A DNA stretch of 28,083 bases from Verrucomicrobiota bacterium (GTDB lineage: Bacteria; Verrucomicrobiota; Verrucomicrobiia; Limisphaerales; UBA11358): contig JBEKRA010000001.1 in NCBI GenBank assembly GCA_049519195.1, positions 1 to 28,083 on the forward strand. The letters run 5' to 3'. Under the pieces are notes generated by a model, which was given only the letters and a program-made list of their open reading frames with translations, did not search any database and had not been told where the DNA came from. The position numbers and the translations under genes are program-made. Of this stretch, positions 24,487 to 28,083 are shown in pieces; the stretch's first letter is position 1, and the number at the start of each line of letters is the position of its first letter.

Positions 24487-25833
24487 ATGAAGTCAGTTGC
24501 CATCTTATGTGTGTTTGCCGTCGGCGGGCTGGTGCTCGCCGGTTGCCGGGGCATCCAGACATCGGGCGAAAAGCAGGCGCGCCAGGATTTTGGCGCTGTC
24601 GCCGGTCAATACCGGCCCGCCAACCGCCCGGCTTTGCCGGAGTTGACACCGGATTCGAGCTTGAGCAATTTTGTCGCGTCCGCGCTGCTCAACCAGCCGC
24701 AGGTTGCGACGGCATATTACGATTGGGCGGCGTCCATCGAAGGCATAACGGTCGCCCGTTCGCTGCCGGACCCTCAATTGACCTTCCAATCGGACATCGC
24801 GGACATCGTGATGAACTTGATGCCCGGTTTTCTCCAGGAATTTCCCGGCCCCGGCAAACTCAAGGCGCGCGCCAGAGTCGCCGGCGCGGAAAGCCGGGGC
24901 AAATACTTCGCGTTTGAAAGCGCAGTGCTGCAAACCGCGTTCAACCTGAAAAACGCCTATTACAAGCTTGGCCTGTTGGACGAACAGCTTCACCTCAAAC
25001 GCGCGACGCTTGCGTTGCTGGAAAATCAGGAGCGCGTTCTCCGCGCCCAAGGCATGGCGGGCATGGCATCGCTGCCGGATGTGCTGCGCGTCCAAAGCGA
25101 ACTCGACCGCATCCGCAATGAAATCGCCAATCTCGAAGACTCACGGGGTTCGTTGCTGGAAAATTTCAAGGCCGCGCTGGGTCTGACGCCCGAACAACCA
25201 GATCCGCCAACACCAGCGCATTTTGAAACGAGCGGCGAAAACCCCGACGCTGACGAACTGTTTCGTTTTGCGTTCGCGCACAATCCGCAGCTTGCGGCGA
25301 TGGCTGCCGACGTGCGCGCCGCCGAAGCCGGGATTGCGATGGCTTACAAGGAGCGCGTGCCGGATTTCAGCCTCGGCTTGATGGCCGATGTCAAGGCCTC
25401 GCCCACGATGTTCCGTCCGCTGGCGGGCATGACGCTGCCCATCTGGCGCGACAAGCTCGCGGCGGAAATCGCACAGGCACAGGCAAACGAGCTGGCGGCA
25501 AAATCGCGGCTGAAGGCGGCGCAAATTGACCTTGCCGTGAGTTTTGCCGAGAAGTCGTTTGCCTGCCGTGAAACCAGCCGCAATCTAACACTGATTGAGA
25601 AAGAATTGATTCCCAAGGCGCGTCAATCCGTTGAAACCGTCCGCGCCGGTTATCGCACCGGCACGATGGATTTTTCCGCCATGACCGACGCAGATCGAAC
25701 GGTGTTGGATTTGCAACTGGAAGCCGTTCTAGCCCGGACCGACCGCGAGCTGGCGCTGGCGGAATTATCACTCATGGTTGCCGGTGTGCCGCCGGCAAAC
25801 GCGCCGCTTTTGTCGAATACCCCTCAACCTTGA
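24487..25833 (+). CDS. TolC-family outer-membrane factor lipoprotein (CusC-like position)
   Basis: Lipobox VLAGC after the start MKSVAILC (24487), OEP-type helical repeats (ARSLPDP.L, ERVPDFSLG). Directly upstream of the cusB/cusA-like genes. Confidence 0.9.
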   Translation: MKSVAILCVFAVGGLVLAGCRGIQTSGEKQARQDFGAVAGQYRPANRPALPELTPDSSLSNFVASALLNQPQVATAYYDWAASIEGITVARSLPDPQLTFQSDIADIVMNLMPGFLQEFPGPGKLKARARVAGAESRGKYFAFESAVLQTAFNLKNAYYKLGLLDEQLHLKRATLALLENQERVLRAQGMAGMASLPDVLRVQSELDRIRNEIANLEDSRGSLLENFKAALGLTPEQPDPPTPAHFETSGENPDADELFRFAFAHNPQLAAMAADVRAAEAGIAMAYKERVPDFSLGLMADVKASPTMFRPLAGMTLPIWRDKLAAEIAQAQANELAAKSRLKAAQIDLAVSFAEKSFACRETSRNLTLIEKELIPKARQSVETVRAGYRTGTMDFSAMTDADRTVLDLQLEAVLARTDRELALAELSLMVAGVPPANAPLLSNTPQP

Positions 25834-25839
25834 AATTTT

Positions 25840-27603
25840 ATGAAATCGAAATTGAAAATGATTTTAACCTGGATATTTCTCCGCCGAAGCATGGCGCGGA
25901 TCGAAAAGCGGCGGAGGGCCGCCGCAGTCCAAAACGCTGGCGCGTTTGACGATGCGTCCAGCGTGCGCGAAGCGTCCTGGAGTGCGCCAGTCCTCTGGCG
26001 CTTGAGGATTTTGAAAATGCGCCTTTTGATCGGAATGCTGCTCATCACGGCGATGGGTTTGTGCGTGTTCGCCGCCGACAATTCCATCCAGCCGGAAGCA
26101 ACCAACGCCACCGCCGCTTCTTCCGGGAAAACGCTTTACACCTGCGGGATGCACCCGTGGATCATTCAGGATCATCCCGGCAACTGCCCGATTTGCGGCA
26201 TGAAACTTGAACCGGTTCACAAAACCGCGCGTGCCGGGGAGGCGTCATCGTCGGCCATCATCGTTGACCCGGCGACGATTCAGTTGATGAACATCCAGAC
26301 GACGGAAGTCGCGCGCGGCCCGCTGCGCCGGACCATCCGCACCGTCGGCACAATTGATTACAACGAAACCGCGTTGGCGGACGTGACGACGAAGTTCAAG
26401 GGCTGGATTGAAAAGCTGGACGTGGACGCCACCGGCAAGTTGGTGCATCGCGGCGAGCCGTTGTTTGAAATTTACTCGCCGGAACTTTACAGCGCCGAGG
26501 CCGAATATCTGGCCATGTTGAATTCGACGAACGGTTCAGGCGGGACGACGCTGCGCGAGGCGGCTCGGGACAAGTTGAAATTTTTTGACATCTCGGACGC
26601 GCAAATCGCCAAGTTGGAAAAATCGCCCGCGCCAAAGAAGACACTGGAAATCCTCGCGCCGGCGGATGGATTCGTGATTGAGAAAAATGTCGTGCAGGGC
26701 CAGATGGTGGAGGCCGGCATGAAGCTTTACCGGCTGGCCGACCTCGGCATCGTCTGGGTTTTCGCGCAGGTTTACGAGCAGGATTTGCCCTACGTCCAGC
26801 TCGGCCAGGAGGCGACCGTCAAATTGTCGTCGCTGCCGGACCGCGAATTTCGCGGGCGCGTCACCTATGTTTATCCGAACGTGGATGAAAAGACGCGCAC
26901 GGCGAAGGTGCGGCTGGAATTTGAGAACCCCGGTTATTTCCTGAAGCCCGGCATGTTCGTCTCGGCGCAAATCACGGCGGAATTGGAAGCCTCCGCGTTG
27001 CTGGTGCCGGATTCGGCGGTGCTGCGCAGCGGCGAGAGAAACACGGTGTTCGTCGCGCTGCCCGGTGGCAAATTTGACCCGTGCATGGTCGCGCTCGGCC
27101 CGGAATCGGAACATGACATGGTTGAAGTCATCAGCGGTTTGCAGGAAGGCGAGCGGGTCGTCGCCTCCGGACAATTCATGCTGGATTCAGAAAGCCAGTT
27201 GCGCGAGGCAATCCAGAAAATGAATGGCAATTTGGGGTGGGGCGAGACTACTGGCGAGCCGAATAGCACAACCAATTCTCCGACCATAGACGGCTCGCGA
27301 GGACGCTCGCCCCACCAGGCTGAAGCGGCTGAAGGCGTGGTCTATGTCTGCCCGATGCCGGAGCACGCGAGCGTTCATGAAGACAAGCCGGGCAAATGTC
27401 CCATTTGCGCCATGACATTAATTCCGGTGATGGCGCCGCCGGGAGCAGCCACGAATTCAGCGACAACAAATACCATTTCAGCCTCCAACACGCAGTCGGC
27501 AGCCAAGCAGCTTTACACCTGCCCGATGCATCCCGATGTGATTTCTGACAAGCCCGGCAAATGCCCGGAGTGCGGGATGAATCTGGTGCCAGTTGAAAAA
27601 TGA
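25840..27603 (+). CDS. cusB: CusB-like RND periplasmic adaptor with three heavy-metal-binding (YxCxMH/P...CPxCxM) domains
   Basis: Core motifs KFKGWIEKL, LFEIYSPELYSAEAEY, LADLGIVWV, YPNVDEKTRTAKVR, LKPGMFV and SGQFMLDSESQLREA. One N-terminal and two C-terminal metal-binding domains. Confidence 0.92.
   Translation: MKSKLKMILTWIFLRRSMARIEKRRRAAAVQNAGAFDDASSVREASWSAPVLWRLRILKMRLLIGMLLITAMGLCVFAADNSIQPEATNATAASSGKTLYTCGMHPWIIQDHPGNCPICGMKLEPVHKTARAGEASSSAIIVDPATIQLMNIQTTEVARGPLRRTIRTVGTIDYNETALADVTTKFKGWIEKLDVDATGKLVHRGEPLFEIYSPELYSAEAEYLAMLNSTNGSGGTTLREAARDKLKFFDISDAQIAKLEKSPAPKKTLEILAPADGFVIEKNVVQGQMVEAGMKLYRLADLGIVWVFAQVYEQDLPYVQLGQEATVKLSSLPDREFRGRVTYVYPNVDEKTRTAKVRLEFENPGYFLKPGMFVSAQITAELEASALLVPDSAVLRSGERNTVFVALPGGKFDPCMVALGPESEHDMVEVISGLQEGERVVASGQFMLDSESQLREAIQKMNGNLGWGETTGEPNSTTNSPTIDGSRGRSPHQAEAAEGVVYVCPMPEHASVHEDKPGKCPICAMTLIPVMAPPGAATNSATTNTISASNTQSAAKQLYTCPMHPDVISDKPGKCPECGMNLVPVEK
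25905..26003. repeat. 99-bp REP-like element in frame in the cusB N-terminal region
   Basis: Reverse complement of 3666-3764. Peptide around KRRRAAAVQNAGAFDDASSVREASWSAPVLWR. Confidence 0.85.
27236..27316. repeat. 81-bp REP-like palindrome in frame inside cusB
   Basis: GGTGGGGCGAGACTACTGGCGAGCC ... GGCTCGCGAGGACGCTCGCCCCACC, same family as 153-221. Peptide WGETTGEP...GSRGRSPHQ. Confidence 0.9.
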
Positions 27604-27650
27604 CCAACGAGGAAATGCGAATGCTGAATGTTCATAACAGTTCGTTTTGG

Positions 27651-27806
27651 GGTGGCACAGGCCTCCGGCCTGTTGTTTCGGGCGTCGCGCCCGAAACCGT
27701 TGGCAGGCGGACGATTGCTCCACCATTGTCAATGAACCAGCGATCCACCTCCCCCAACGAAATTCGGCGTGACGCCGAATTTGACGGGCGCGACGCCCGT
27801 TCCACC
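27651..27806. repeat. Multi-hairpin REP-like element between cusB and cusA
   Basis: GGTGGCACAGGCCTCCGGCCTGT ... ACGGGCGCGACGCCCGTTCCACC, with inner CGGGCGTCGCGCCCG and TTCGGCGTGACGCCGAA hairpins. Related to the helicase insertions. Confidence 0.8.
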
Positions 27807-27816
27807 TGACAAAAAT

Positions 27817-28083
27817 ATGCTCACGCGCATCATAGATTTTTCGCTCAAGAACAAGTTCATCGTCCTGCTGGTGACGGTGGTGCTGGTGCTCGGCGGCGTT
27901 TACGCGTTGCGCAATATCCCGCTCGACGCCATCCCCGACCTGTCCGACACGCAGGTCATCATTTACACGCCGTGGGAAGGCCAGGCGCCAAACATCGTCG
28001 AGGACCAGGTCACCTATCCCATCACCACCAAGATGCTTTCCATGCCGCGCGCGAAAGTGGTGCGCGGTTACTCGTTCTACGGC
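27817..28083 (+). CDS. cusA: CusA/SilA-type heavy-metal RND permease, 5' fragment
   Basis: Hand translation: MLTRIIDFSLKNKFIVLL...IPLDAIPDLSDTQVIIYTPWEGQAPNIVEDQVTYPITTKMLSMPRAKVVRGYSFYG. The DAIPDLSD.QV and EDQVTYP signature is Cus/Sil-type. Confidence 0.92.
   Translation, partial: MLTRIIDFSLKNKFIVLLVTVVLVLGGVYALRNIPLDAIPDLSDTQVIIYTPWEGQAPNIVEDQVTYPITTKMLSMPRAKVVRGYSFYG

Noticed and set aside
1-28083. CRISPR array, rRNA or tRNA
   Set aside because: The repeats are dispersed palindromes of several families, not regularly spaced direct repeats with unique spacers. No cas-like ORF and no recognisable rRNA or tRNA sequence.

Overview
GC-rich bacterial chromosomal window, most likely Verrucomicrobiota (Pedosphaerales/Limisphaerales-like). 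The taxonomy is inferred from gene content: PEP-CTERM/exosortase, an H-X9-DG prepilin-like protein, and a beta-propeller/Y_Y_Y kinase with a separate NarL regulator. Gene order: prmC (partial) and an HDAC-family deacetylase (-); S1/P1-fold nuclease and a lysophospholipid acyltransferase (+); a decayed IS1595 transposase (-); a VPETG-type PEP-CTERM protein and an exosortase-EpsI-like fusion (+); a membrane-anchored TPR protein with an N-terminal ~55-aa repeat carrying YGYGYG clusters (-); sensor kinase, response regulator and prepilin-like gene (+); SulP/STAS transporter (+); a three-gene anti-sigma / periplasmic sensor / ECF sigma module in cnrYXH order (-); a UvrD/PcrA/Rep helicase (+); and a YHS protein, Cys-rich small protein and cusCBA-type RND operon (+, cusA partial). 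Main discoveries: (1) the same bipartite motif TTGAGGGATTTC-N12-GTAAG lies upstream of both the ECF module and the Cus-like operon, suggesting a CnrYXH-architecture, Cys/Met-based metal-sensing ECF regulon driving a Cu/Ag-type pump; (2) many palindromic REP/MITE-like elements, several inserted in frame inside prmC, the helicase and cusB, one splitting the sensor start, and two with 8-9 bp target-site duplications; (3) tyrosine-cluster repeats in the TPR protein beside the exosortase. No rRNA, tRNA or CRISPR array was seen. All homology calls come from motif recognition by eye; no database searches were run.
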